Of a stretch of 64,000 nt of DNA, positions 49,453 to 59,565 are shown in pieces. Every line of letters starts with the position of its first letter. Within the stretch, counting starts at the first letter, position 1. The position numbers and the translations under genes were made by a program. Source of the DNA: a virus. The notes below the pieces were generated by a model. The model made no database searches and was not told the DNA's origin. It worked only from the letters and a program-made list of their open reading frames with translations. The stretch is from IMG/VR virus record IMGVR_UViG_3300028844_005445, positions 4,731 through 68,730 of that record; one strand, given 5' to 3'.

Positions 49453-50229
49453 TTATACCCCAGTCGTTTGATCCCAAGCACTAACATGTAATCTTGTCAA
49501 ACCCGTATAACCATACTTCTTGCCCATCTCCATACAAAACTTGGTACGTTCATGATAATTTTCTTGCTTGTCTAGACCAGGCATCATCAACACACGTTTA
49601 GGTGGTATGTTGAATGGTTTGATAAAATCACGTTCAATCTCTTTCAAACACTCTTCTGTACTAATTACGAACTTGAACCAGTAGTTTGGGTGTTGCATGA
49701 TACGTTCCAATGCTTTAGTCACAATACGTCGGTCTTTACCCATACCACTGTTTTCAAGCTTGACCGAACAATTGATTTGCTTCAATTTATCAAACAAACC
49801 ATCTTCTATATAGATTGTACCATTTGTTTCAATCTCGTTATATATTGATTGTGCTTCCCACTTGTCAGTACAATGGTTCTCATAAAACCAATCTAAAAAA
49901 TTAATTATTGCGCGTTGATTTTTTGGTATGGACGGTTCACCACCGGTCCAGATCAAGTTGACGCGTCCTTGTTTGATCCAGTCAAGCACGTTCTCTTCTT
50001 TCCATCTGTCAACAAGGTATTGAAATGGTTTTTCTAAACCTTTACGCCAAACATACTCAGTGTCGCACCACCAAGTGGCTTTACCTTCCTTCATCAAGCT
50101 ACCATCAGCACCACCACACATCAAGTTACATGCTTTGAGTCTGATGAAGTATGCCGGTACACCACTGGTATTACCTTCACCTTGTACACTGTAAAAGTCT
50201 TCTGCTATGTTTAATGTTTCAATTTTCAT
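49453..50229 (-). CDS. queE: 7-carboxy-7-deazaguanine synthase (radical SAM)
   Basis: FYSVQGEG, FIRL..CNLMC...WCDT, TGGEP, IETNGT, RLH. Confidence 0.92.
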   Translation of the reverse strand: MKIETLNIAEDFYSVQGEGNTSGVPAYFIRLKACNLMCGGADGSLMKEGKATWWCDTEYVWRKGLEKPFQYLVDRWKEENVLDWIKQGRVNLIWTGGEPSIPKNQRAIINFLDWFYENHCTDKWEAQSIYNEIETNGTIYIEDGLFDKLKQINCSVKLENSGMGKDRRIVTKALERIMQHPNYWFKFVISTEECLKEIERDFIKPFNIPPKRVLMMPGLDKQENYHERTKFCMEMGKKYGYTGLTRLHVSAWDQTTGV

Positions 50230-50231
50230 AT

Positions 50232-50867
50232 TTAAAATAACCAGGTATTTTTTGTCCTTCCTTTGTATTTTGGATCAACCCACGAACCTTCTGTTTTCTG
50301 TTGACCGTATTTTTCTGGTGCCGGTTTGGTTGATTTTGTTGATTGTTTTGGTTGTGTGTCTGATTTAGAAACTTCTTTAGTCACGGTTTTTGTTTGCTCA
50401 ACCTGCCCAGATGTTGATTGAGTTTTTTGTTCAGGATATGACTCGTATATTGCTGAGTTATTCTCATGTTCAAACACTTCTACTCTGACACACCGGCACC
50501 TCAGTTTGGTCAACACTCCAGCAAAATTATCGGCCGCAGCATGACACCATTCAGCAAATTTTTCTATACCAACTCCGTCCATGATCTTGAGATCACACAA
50601 CCCTAGCTTTCCTAGTTTGATAAATTCATCTAGATGTGGGTCGTGTTTCGATACACAGGTGGTATGGTCAAATTGATCTTGTAACAGTTGTTTGAGCTCT
50701 TTGAGACTTCCGAAGTCTACCACCCAATTATTTTCATCTAATTCGTTAGCTGCGAACCAAAATTTAGCGGTCAATCGATAACCATGTATGAATCTACAAT
50801 GGCTTTTGGCTTTTGGTTGTCTGAACGCACAGCTACCCAGTTCTATAATCTTGGTACTATAATGCAT
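50232..50867 (-). CDS. queD: 6-carboxytetrahydropterin synthase with C-terminal extension
   Basis: CRFIHGY, VVDFG, QFDH, VEVFEHENNSAIY. Confidence 0.9.
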   Translation of the reverse strand: MHYSTKIIELGSCAFRQPKAKSHCRFIHGYRLTAKFWFAANELDENNWVVDFGSLKELKQLLQDQFDHTTCVSKHDPHLDEFIKLGKLGLCDLKIMDGVGIEKFAEWCHAAADNFAGVLTKLRCRCVRVEVFEHENNSAIYESYPEQKTQSTSGQVEQTKTVTKEVSKSDTQPKQSTKSTKPAPEKYGQQKTEGSWVDPKYKGRTKNTWLF

Positions 50868-50873
50868 ACATAC

Positions 50874-50902
50874 ATTATAATATAGGTTGACATGAAAGTC
50901 AA
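50874..50902 (-). promoter_or_regulatory. sigma70 promoter of queD-queE
   Basis: TTGACT-17nt-TATAAT, 6 nt before ATG; -35 box lies inside the 31-bp repeat. Confidence 0.8.
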
Positions 50903-51559
50903 TTACCAGTCACAAGTTTTCATAATCTTTCTTCAATACTCATATGTTTGAGTTTTTCATAAAAGATAAAATCTTCTTTGTAAAAATTTTTTAAAAAATC
51001 TATAGATTCTATGCTTAATTTATCGTCTTTATGATGTGTACTATTTTTTTTATTTATTTTAGATAATTTAATGTTATACTTGTTTATAAAATATTGGAGC
51101 TCAACATCAAAATTATCCATAATAATTACAAATTTAGGGTTATTTACCCATAGATTTTGCGGGGAATACGTCCATTTATATTTGTTCAGTTTAGTACCTA
51201 TAAAATGACTTTTGTTTATTATTTCTGACATTAAATTATCATGATATGGGTGCTCAGGGTCTGACCAAATTTGTAACCATTTTTCAGGAGTATCAATATT
51301 TTTTGAAATTAAATATTTTATTTGCGGTTCATGAGACCATTTTTGAATTGCATAATAAACACTAGACATAAACCTATCTATTGGGTTTCTTATAACAACT
51401 AATTGATTAGATAAGTTTTTGTTATATACATCAGTCTCGTGTCCGTTATATACTATTGTTCTACTATTATTAGTAATTTCTTTGATACAAGTACCACCAT
51501 TTTTTGGTATATGAATAAAGTTAATTATCATGAAAGTCAATTACCAGTCACAAGTTTTC
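50891..51559. repeat. perfect 31-bp direct repeat (50891-50921, 51529-51559) flanking one ORF
   Basis: catgaaagtcaattaccagtcacaagttttc in both positions. Confidence 0.95.
50920..51531 (-). CDS. sulfotransferase family 2, inserted cassette
   Basis: FIHIPKNGGT, RNPIDRFMSS, FYKEDF; visibly more AT-rich than flanks. Confidence 0.88.
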   Translation of the reverse strand: MIINFIHIPKNGGTCIKEITNNSRTIVYNGHETDVYNKNLSNQLVVIRNPIDRFMSSVYYAIQKWSHEPQIKYLISKNIDTPEKWLQIWSDPEHPYHDNLMSEIINKSHFIGTKLNKYKWTYSPQNLWVNNPKFVIIMDNFDVELQYFINKYNIKLSKINKKNSTHHKDDKLSIESIDFLKNFYKEDFIFYEKLKHMSIEERL

Positions 51560-54512
51560 TTATGCTATCAAATGATTCTTCCAGACGTTTTTTACCGCGA
51601 TTTTTGCGACGGGACCGGTTTTGTTTTTGACTGTCTTTATCTAGTTGTTTCTGTTTCGCTTGTTTTGCAGCATCTACTTTTTTTCCTAGTTCATGCCCGA
51701 ATTGACCAGGGGAACTGTTGCCCTTGTCAAAAAATTTACCTTGTTTTGGTTTGCTGTTGGCTCCAGTTGGTGTGGTGTGCATTTTACCTGGTTCTATTTT
51801 TATATCATGATCCATTGGATCATCAGGTACTTGTTCTTTGAAATGTTTCAATTTGAATTGGTATGATGGTGATAATATATTCACTTTGTATCTTGTGTAT
51901 ACGTCTCTCGCAAGATATTGTAACACCGAATCATATTTATTGAGACCCGCGGGTGCTTTGTATTTTTCACGGGAATGCTTCCAGTATTGTGGAGGGTTCT
52001 TGGGGTCTGGTCGTTGGAAAAATTCAGGCTCTGCATTTTTCCATATGAGCTCATCATGATCAGAAAGGGCGGACAAGTCACCGGATCCTTTCCATGTGTT
52101 CACATTGTAATATTCTCCTAGCTCTGTCCTTATTTTCATCGCTTCAGTTTTGAATCGATCCCTGACTTCTTGTCTAGCTGGCTCATCTCGGTAAGCGAAC
52201 CCATATTTGGGTCCCATGACTCTTGACCCGTAGTCTGTATCTACAAACAATACGTTCAAATCCGGTTCAGTGATGTCCGGCCAGAAACCATAACCAGCGA
52301 AATGCTTGAAGGCGTTTCTAGTTTGATCATTTACCATCCTTCCTAGCTCGTCTAATATGTCTGCTTCTTGTACAATGTCTTTTGTAGAAGTGTTCAACAT
52401 CGCGGTTGGGGAGGGTTTGTCAAGTGTGCATTTTGTGTAACCGTTTATTAAAGATATAATATATTTTGTTAATTTTTCATCTGACATCCCAGGTTGGTCT
52501 TCTACACCGGTTTCCGGTTCTCTTTGTTCTGTGTCCTCCGGTTTTTGAGTATCTGGTTGTTCTGGTGTTGATTCTGGTTCAGAAGGTCGGTCAGTTGGAT
52601 CTGGTCGTGTATCACCTACAAAGTCCACATTGTTGTCTGGGTCTAAGTCTACATCCTCCGGTCCACCTTTGACATCATTGCTCCATGCAGGTTGTTGTGT
52701 ATGATCCCCGCCCCAAGGTTGTTTGATATCGTTCGCAATCATGCTCAAAAGATTACTGTAATCCACTTTGTTCAATTTGATTCCACTTGATTTTTCAAAA
52801 TCTTTCACAGCAGATTTTATAGCCTGTTTGGTTTTACCAGTCGTGGATCGTGTGATTTCCACTCCGGATCCAACCACTGACCCTAGCCACGAGGCAAAAC
52901 CTTCGTTCAATTCAACACCATCAATCAACGTGATTAATTTTTTATTTTCCTTGAGAGGTAATCCTATAGGAGCTGTATTTGGTGGTGATATTTTTATCTC
53001 ACCCCCACCGGATGCCTGCCCGGGCAGTTCCATAGGAGAAGGTTTCCCAGCGATATTTAATTGAGCACCAGTATTAGCTATAGCTGTCATCGCGGCTCCT
53101 GCACTGGCGTTCAATGGTAGTCCTGTTTTCTGCTGTACTACCATCCCTAGTGCTGGTACAGCCGCGGCCGCGGCTCCACTACCACCTAAATTCGGAGGTA
53201 TGGGTACAACCTCTAGGAGTTCAGCTGTGAAATCATCATCTAAAAACACTTTAGGTATGTGAGATCTAGGTATTTTTCTCACCAACTTGTAATCACTGTC
53301 TTTGTCAGCCGGATCACGTCTGACCAGCATACCATAATAACTTCCAATTTTTACACGTTTTACTCCTTTGTCCATCGCTATGAATCGTTTTATCATGCGC
53401 TGAATGGTTGGATGATACCACAAGTTTTTAGAAATATTTATTTGGTCACTATCTTGTTTTTTGTAGTCAGGACGATACTGTCTACGTATGGTTGTGTAAC
53501 CACCACCTGCGCCACTTGTACCGCCATTAGGACCATCGTCATCGTCATTGTCACTAGTTCCACTGGAACCAGAATAACGAGTAATACCATATGAGCTTCC
53601 ACCTCTCATTATATCTCTCAAAGACGGTACTGCTTTTCCTATGGCTTGTTTAACATCACCAGCGACAACTGCAAGTTCATTACTATCAGCATTACCACCC
53701 GGTGCATATTGAACACCACTTTGATTACCTTTTATAAATCGGCCATCTGGTCCTTGCTTACGTGTACCGGTGGTCATGTTACCTTGACTATTAACAGTGG
53801 TACCATCTACAGCACCATCTTTACTAAATTTTTTAGCTTCTGAAACAAAATTAGATTGTGTATTGGCATCAGTTGGCGCTGTCATGGGACGTACATCCAT
53901 TTTGTCTCGAGGTACTATAGCTTTCACTTTGAGCTGTATAGGTTTTAACTCAGCACCTGGCATGTTACCACCAGGTGCGATCCCGTACAACACAAGATTT
54001 TGATCACTCGCTTTGTCATAATGATCAAACTCGAAATAATATGGATTTCCTCCAGCGCGACCGGTGGTCACTTTACCAAATCTTCTCAAATTACCTTCTT
54101 CATCTTCATATACATCATCTTTAACCGGTCTCATTGGCATGCCTTTTTTAACAACTTGCCACATAGAATCTAGGGTGTTAGCACCACGGTACATTTTGTT
54201 TAGTATACCTCCTCGCTTCTGGTTACCATGAGTACCGATTCCTACACTAGATGGTGGTGCTCCTCCACCCGGTAGACCTTTCTCAGGTTGGCGATCCTTT
54301 ATATCGTCTAATGATACTGGACTACCATCTGGATTGACAGGAGCTCTTAGTTGTTGATCACCGACCTCCCCGCTAGGTTTGAGCCGGTCTTCCTCTTCTT
54401 TATCGCGTTTCTGGTCTCGAAGATCACCAGTGATATTATTTATTTTATCACGCTCTTGTCTGTCAAGAGGTTTACCTTCTACTAATTGTTTTGTTTTCTT
54501 AAAATGTTTCAT
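51537..54512 (-). CDS. large low-complexity protein, probable capsid-internal protein
   Basis: 991 aa; LVEG, VSEA, LKEN, LNEG, VQEA, LEES possible protease sites; G/P-rich linkers. Confidence 0.65.
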   Translation of the reverse strand: MKHFKKTKQLVEGKPLDRQERDKINNITGDLRDQKRDKEEEDRLKPSGEVGDQQLRAPVNPDGSPVSLDDIKDRQPEKGLPGGGAPPSSVGIGTHGNQKRGGILNKMYRGANTLDSMWQVVKKGMPMRPVKDDVYEDEEGNLRRFGKVTTGRAGGNPYYFEFDHYDKASDQNLVLYGIAPGGNMPGAELKPIQLKVKAIVPRDKMDVRPMTAPTDANTQSNFVSEAKKFSKDGAVDGTTVNSQGNMTTGTRKQGPDGRFIKGNQSGVQYAPGGNADSNELAVVAGDVKQAIGKAVPSLRDIMRGGSSYGITRYSGSSGTSDNDDDDGPNGGTSGAGGGYTTIRRQYRPDYKKQDSDQINISKNLWYHPTIQRMIKRFIAMDKGVKRVKIGSYYGMLVRRDPADKDSDYKLVRKIPRSHIPKVFLDDDFTAELLEVVPIPPNLGGSGAAAAAVPALGMVVQQKTGLPLNASAGAAMTAIANTGAQLNIAGKPSPMELPGQASGGGEIKISPPNTAPIGLPLKENKKLITLIDGVELNEGFASWLGSVVGSGVEITRSTTGKTKQAIKSAVKDFEKSSGIKLNKVDYSNLLSMIANDIKQPWGGDHTQQPAWSNDVKGGPEDVDLDPDNNVDFVGDTRPDPTDRPSEPESTPEQPDTQKPEDTEQREPETGVEDQPGMSDEKLTKYIISLINGYTKCTLDKPSPTAMLNTSTKDIVQEADILDELGRMVNDQTRNAFKHFAGYGFWPDITEPDLNVLFVDTDYGSRVMGPKYGFAYRDEPARQEVRDRFKTEAMKIRTELGEYYNVNTWKGSGDLSALSDHDELIWKNAEPEFFQRPDPKNPPQYWKHSREKYKAPAGLNKYDSVLQYLARDVYTRYKVNILSPSYQFKLKHFKEQVPDDPMDHDIKIEPGKMHTTPTGANSKPKQGKFFDKGNSSPGQFGHELGKKVDAAKQAKQKQLDKDSQKQNRSRRKNRGKKRLEESFDSIRKLVTGN

Positions 54513-54931
54513 GACATGAGGAATAGTTTGCTGATTTGTTCAAATTCTGCGCGCTCCACTCCCTGTTCTCTCAGAAATGCTTCAAGATGTTGAATGTCAC
54601 TAGCGCTTGTTATATTATCAACTGACGCTTCTGAACAGTCACCTTTGTTTTTGTTCATCACATAATTTAATACGAATTGTTTGAATTGTTCAAATGTTTG
54701 ACTACCTGCAGGTTCGACATCACATGGTTGCATGTCAACCACTCCGTCATCTTGATGGTCATGACCTAACACCATTATCCTGAGCATGCCTTCGTTCTCT
54801 TCGATTATGTAACCTTCATAAGGAAAACTGTTGATCGGATTGTTTCGGTCCAATGGATCAGTTTTCAATCGAACTCGCTTGAGAGTTGTGTTTTCAAGAG
54901 CTTGTTCTAGTATGTTGTTAAATTTCACCAC
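54509..54931 (-). CDS. late protein, CTS-like N-terminus
   Basis: ATAAATA upstream; [12 protein letters not shown]. Confidence 0.7.
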   Translation of the reverse strand: MVKFNNILEQALENTTLKRVRLKTDPLDRNNPINSFPYEGYIIEENEGMLRIMVLGHDHQDDGVVDMQPCDVEPAGSQTFEQFKQFVLNYVMNKNKGDCSEASVDNITSASDIQHLEAFLREQGVERAEFEQISKLFLMS

Positions 54932-54951
54932 AATTATTTATCAAATAACCC

Positions 54952-54980
54952 TTGAATTACCCGGTGGTATCATATATAAT
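54952..54980 (+). promoter_or_regulatory. sigma70 promoter of folE
   Basis: TTGAAT-17nt-TATAAT, 6 nt before ATG 54987. Confidence 0.7.
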
Positions 54981-54986
54981 CATTGT

Positions 54987-55631
54987 ATGGATTCATTCAA
55001 ATTACAGTACGCTAATGGTAATCATCCGAGAACCCCGGTGGAACAAGAGCAGATTATTGAAAATGCTGCAAGAGCATACGAACAATATATGGATGCTCTT
55101 GGATTCGATTGGAGATCTGACCCTAACAGCGCTGACACACCTCGACGAGTAGCTAAGGCTTTTGTAAATGACCTTGCTGAAGGATGTTACAATGAACCTC
55201 CTAAGATCACAGCGTTTGACAATGTGGATGGTTATGACGGAGTTGTGTTTCAAGGTAACATTAAAGTTACAAGCATGTGCTCTCATCATCATCTACCGTT
55301 TGTAGGTAATGCACATGTCGCGTATATTCCAGGAACGGATGGTAAGGTGATAGGACTGAGCAAGTTGAACAGAACTGTTGAATGGTTTGCGAGGAGACCC
55401 CAAGTACAAGAGAACCTGACCATGCAAATACATCAACACCTGAGCAAGGTAGCAACTGGTAACAAAGGTGTAGCTGTGATGGTTGAAGCTAATCACTTAT
55501 GTGCTTGTGTACGTGGCGTGAGACACGACAGTACCATGAAAACTGCACGAATGACCGGGGCTTTTCTTGATAAAGACGATATAAACACACGTCAAGAATT
55601 TTATGATTTTATTAGAGATTTAAAACGATGA
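54987..55631 (+). CDS. folE: GTP cyclohydrolase I
   Basis: [40 protein letters not shown]. Confidence 0.95.
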   Translation: MDSFKLQYANGNHPRTPVEQEQIIENAARAYEQYMDALGFDWRSDPNSADTPRRVAKAFVNDLAEGCYNEPPKITAFDNVDGYDGVVFQGNIKVTSMCSHHHLPFVGNAHVAYIPGTDGKVIGLSKLNRTVEWFARRPQVQENLTMQIHQHLSKVATGNKGVAVMVEANHLCACVRGVRHDSTMKTARMTGAFLDKDDINTRQEFYDFIRDLKR

Positions 55632-55768
55632 ACACACTAGTACAAACAATTGAATGTACCACAGGTACATGCGGCCACATGAGTCACCAACTATTAACAA
55701 CCACAGGATTATTTATCTTAGTAGCAATAACCACATTTGCAGTTATACACTATTTTGTTAAAGATTAG
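55628..55768 (+). CDS. 46 aa membrane peptide with CxxxxCGHxxH (not in ORF track)
   Basis: ATGA-coupled to folE; [21 protein letters not shown] plus TM helix. Confidence 0.6.
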   Translation: MNTLVQTIECTTGTCGHMSHQLLTTTGLFILVAITTFAVIHYFVKD

Positions 55769-56339
55769 CAAGTATGTTTTGTATCTGAACTGGGTCTACA
55801 TGTTCAGGAATATCTGCTAATATAGCATCCGGATCATCAAAATTATCACGTATGTTTGATGCGCTGTATGGTGTTCCATCTGGTTTATCTAGTACATCTA
55901 CAGCTGTTAATTGTGGGTCTAGTATATCTACATTCAAGCCTTTATTAGCTGCCCATTTTTGAGCTCCACTCCAACGTTTCCAATCGTTATCCTTTTTACT
56001 AGCTCCCAGTATAACTCTTTTACCACCAAGAGATTCCAGTGCATCATATGCTGCTCCAACAGGACTTGGCATGCTGCTTATCTCTACTGTAACATTCGGT
56101 AAGTTACTAACATACAATTCAAATATTTTTTTAGACACTTCTGGGGTGATCACTTGACCGGTTTTTGTGACTCGTTGACTTTTAGAACTTGGAGCGGATA
56201 TTAATACAACTACGTCGTTAGCCATGCCAGAGTATATACTCACCATTTGATAATGACCTTTATGCGGCGGTTTGAAACTGCCCGGTACAAGTGCTATGTC
56301 AGCCTGTCGGTTGACAAAATCTTTGAAGGATCCAATCAT
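55758..56339 (-). CDS. HIGH-superfamily nucleotidyltransferase (cytidyltransferase-like)
   Basis: PGSFKPPHKGH and SASNIR motifs. Confidence 0.85.
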   Translation of the reverse strand: MIGSFKDFVNRQADIALVPGSFKPPHKGHYQMVSIYSGMANDVVVLISAPSSKSQRVTKTGQVITPEVSKKIFELYVSNLPNVTVEISSMPSPVGAAYDALESLGGKRVILGASKKDNDWKRWSGAQKWAANKGLNVDILDPQLTAVDVLDKPDGTPYSASNIRDNFDDPDAILADIPEHVDPVQIQNILANL

Positions 56340-57604
56340 CCGAACTTCTTGTTAGGGTCGAAATTCGCCTTGCTGAACTCTAGTCTATCGACTAGTTTTA
56401 CCGCATTACCAATGTGATCTACTGCTACAAAACCTTCAGGCTTGGTCACTTGAAAACTACCATCTTCTTGCTCTATGAAGCTGTCCATGGCTCTTAGATT
56501 GGATAGTTTTATCACATACACGTTTTTAATTTTCATCAGTTTGATATATAAATCGTACATCATCTCAATGTTCGACCGGTTTTGTTCTAAAAATGTTACA
56601 CCAGCTTCCATTGCTCGTCGTTTGCGTATTTGACCAGTTTCTGTTTTGAGTTTGGCTATAGCGCGTTCAGATTTGTCTATGTACCTATCTATGAAACTGT
56701 TAGCGAATTTCACTGGATCTGCTTCAAATTGACCTTGTGTTTTGATTGCACTGTTAATATGAGCTTTGAGCTCCACTTTCAGATCTGAAATTTGGTCTTT
56801 GATGTTCACAAAATCTATCACATCTTTCACTTGCCAGAAGTGATTCTTACATTCACGTATCAATTCACGTATCGTGGCGGTTTCTTCAGGTGTTAATTGT
56901 ACTTGACCGCTCACATCCTTGAATGTAGCATCATCAAACCAGACACTTGAATGTGGGGTGAGTCTGTCTGCTTTGAAACCGAAACTGGCACTCATGTCAT
57001 GTATTGTGGGACCACCAGTGTACATGGTATGAAACACTATTCCCATGTCTGTACTCTTGATTTTTTTAGCGAGATCTGACTCGACAGGAACAGCATATGT
57101 GATGGTATTTGGTTTGAATACTATATGATTCTCCCCGTCTATAGTAGCTTCACGGATGCTATCTTTTGTGTATAACATGTCTCCTTGCAGTACATATCCC
57201 TCTATTCCTATATTTTTTAAAGTTTTAAAAGCGGTTTTGAGTTTCTTTCTCAATTGACTCTTGTCTTGTGTTGAATCACCACGTTTCACATCTCCATGAT
57301 TACGATTTATGTCTGTGATACGTTTGTTCATTTTCGGGATTTTACCAAAAACTGCTTTGGTACCTACGAAAAATTTACCGTCAGCTGGATCAGTACCAGC
57401 AAATATGGCTGGTGCCCCGTCCCATTTTGTTGTGATGTCTACTGGTTCAGCTGCGTGTCCTTGCAAGGTGTCCAGCAAGCCTATATACATACTTAATGCA
57501 CGTTCAACGCCTGTTGTTCCATGATTTATCAGTTCATCTTCAACGTGCTCTAGGTGAGTGTTTTTACTCTCTACATGAAGTAAATATTGTTTGAACGAGT
57601 ACAT
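56336..57604 (-). CDS. conserved T4-like phage protein (DUF6267-like) with ligase-type motifs
   Basis: KNTHLEHVED, TKWDGAPA, LQGD, FKPNTITY, EGFVA, VKLVDRLEFS. Confidence 0.8.
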   Translation of the reverse strand: MYSFKQYLLHVESKNTHLEHVEDELINHGTTGVERALSMYIGLLDTLQGHAAEPVDITTKWDGAPAIFAGTDPADGKFFVGTKAVFGKIPKMNKRITDINRNHGDVKRGDSTQDKSQLRKKLKTAFKTLKNIGIEGYVLQGDMLYTKDSIREATIDGENHIVFKPNTITYAVPVESDLAKKIKSTDMGIVFHTMYTGGPTIHDMSASFGFKADRLTPHSSVWFDDATFKDVSGQVQLTPEETATIRELIRECKNHFWQVKDVIDFVNIKDQISDLKVELKAHINSAIKTQGQFEADPVKFANSFIDRYIDKSERAIAKLKTETGQIRKRRAMEAGVTFLEQNRSNIEMMYDLYIKLMKIKNVYVIKLSNLRAMDSFIEQEDGSFQVTKPEGFVAVDHIGNAVKLVDRLEFSKANFDPNKKFG

Positions 57605-57621
57605 AACATTATTTATGCTCG

Positions 57622-59095
57622 TTAACCGGATACACTTATACCTATACCTTTGTTTCGTGTATCTACCCCTGGATTTGACACAAATATACCAGGGTTATTG
57701 TTGAGTTGTTTATACACATATTTAAATTTTTCACCAGTGTCATGTGTTGGTTCAAATTTTATATTAGCTGCAACAAGTGTGTTTGTATTCAACACAACTA
57801 TACGTTCAAACCCATGAACTGATTGATATGAGGTGGCCATCAATGCGGCTTGTAGTCTTTGTAATTCAATCTGAGCGATTGTTTTTGTCTTACCTTTTTG
57901 AGCCGATTTTAAATTTGTTAATTGCTTCAATAGATCTGAATTTTTAAAAACTTGCTCTGCTGCACTTGTTAAAGATGCAACAGCACCCGCGTCCATCTCT
58001 TCAGTTCTCATCTCGACGAACGCTTCCGCTAATTCACGAGCAGACATACCCCAGTCATGATTGAACATGTATTGAGCACTGCTTTGCCAGTTGTAGTCTG
58101 TTTTTGTTTCATCTGTGGTTATCAATGTGTCTAGTAATGACAGTACGGCTTGTGTGTTGGTTTGACTTGTTTTTGTAAGAGGTGGGTGTTCATATCCAGA
58201 TGCAGCATCAAACGCGGTCTTGATGTTACTAGCAGCTAACTTGGGATCTACTACTGACTTTGGATCTTCTAACATCTCGAGATTTTTATCCAATTGGTTG
58301 TAGGTTCCTTCGATCTGTTCTTGTATCTCTGGAAACTTACTAACCGCTTTTCTCATTGTAGCAAAATTCTTTCTAGCAGCAGCTGCTTTTACAGCAATCT
58401 TAGCTCGAATCTGAGGTGTTTCAGCTTGAGAGAAATGTTGACCGGTTCCGCGACCGTTTAAAATATTTAAAAATTTGTTACCGGGTGTGGTGAAAATGGC
58501 TTTTGTATAATCACTGCTACCTAATCGACCACCATCTCCCTTGATTTCAAGCTCCATACCATCAAGCATCAAGTCTCCAACATCACCCTTTGTAGCATTT
58601 GTGAACATGCTCAAACTGATCTCTCCAGGACCTACACTAACAGTCGCGATTTTAGGTTGTACCTTGTATGTGAGGTCTTTGAATAAGCTATCGAACCTTT
58701 TTGTCAACTTACGCGCGAGTGGATCGACCGCTTGCATTAAATTCCATACACCGTTTTTATTAACACATGATTCAAGGTTTCCTAGTGTACCGGCTTTCTT
58801 TTTTTCGACGAGTTAAAAATATTTCTAACACTAATGTGTCAATGTCTGAGATCTCCTCCCATTTACCCAGACGTAGCAATTGTTTAACCAAGCTCTCCAC
58901 ACCACCATCGGCTTTGCTTAGTACCAAACGTTTCAATTTTTGATAATCGTCGGTGGTTACTGCACCAAGATCTTCTTGATCACCAGTTTCAGGTACACCG
59001 ATGATGCTTACATTCTCTTGTATCTGTCGAGATTCTGTGTATATGTCTACAAGTGATTTATACTTGTACGGTTTGGATGGTTTGTTGAAGTTCAT
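57622..59095 (-). CDS. probable single gene split by a frameshift; PD-(D/E)xK nuclease-like
   Basis: downstream frame is open from ~58811, overlapping the upstream ORF; GPGEI...GDL...LEIKG. Confidence 0.55.
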
Positions 59096-59565
59096 ACATC
59101 AGATATATTAACGTCACTGTACTGTTTCATCAAGCTAACAAATTTGTTGAGCATGCTTTTGCTGTTATTTTCATTGATACTACCCATTAGGTCATGTACA
59201 GCCTCTACACGTTCCTCATTGTCCCCACGTGTCTGTTGAGCGTTTATTATGGAAACTACATCTTGTTTCACTTGTTCAGCATTCTCAGCATTGATCTCCG
59301 GTTGATCAAGTTTGGTCAACGTGGACATGTCTGAATCTTCTATGTTTATGACCAACGCTTTGAGCAACAATCGAACCAGGGTCACTTCGGCAGCCGGGCT
59401 CAGCGCGGCTTGTTCTGGACTAGCGTCTGGTTGTTCGCCGGCTCCAGGTGCCACAGGAGCAGCTGCTGGATCCACAGGGGGTACAGCAGGGTCCATTGCT
59501 GGGTCCATTGCTGGGTCTGGTTGTTCATAAATCAGATCCTCAACTAACTGATTGAACTTTTTCAA
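59092..59565 (-). CDS. late protein, CTS-like N-terminus, Pro/Ala-rich
   Basis: MKKFNQLVEDLIYEQ; DPAM repeats. Confidence 0.7.
   Translation of the reverse strand: MKKFNQLVEDLIYEQPDPAMDPAMDPAVPPVDPAAAPVAPGAGEQPDASPEQAALSPAAEVTLVRLLLKALVINIEDSDMSTLTKLDQPEINAENAEQVKQDVVSIINAQQTRGDNEERVEAVHDLMGSINENNSKSMLNKFVSLMKQYSDVNISDV

Noticed and set aside
50891-51559. Classical IS or integron cassette
   Set aside because: No transposase, terminal inverted repeats or attC-like hairpin; the insert is entirely coding.
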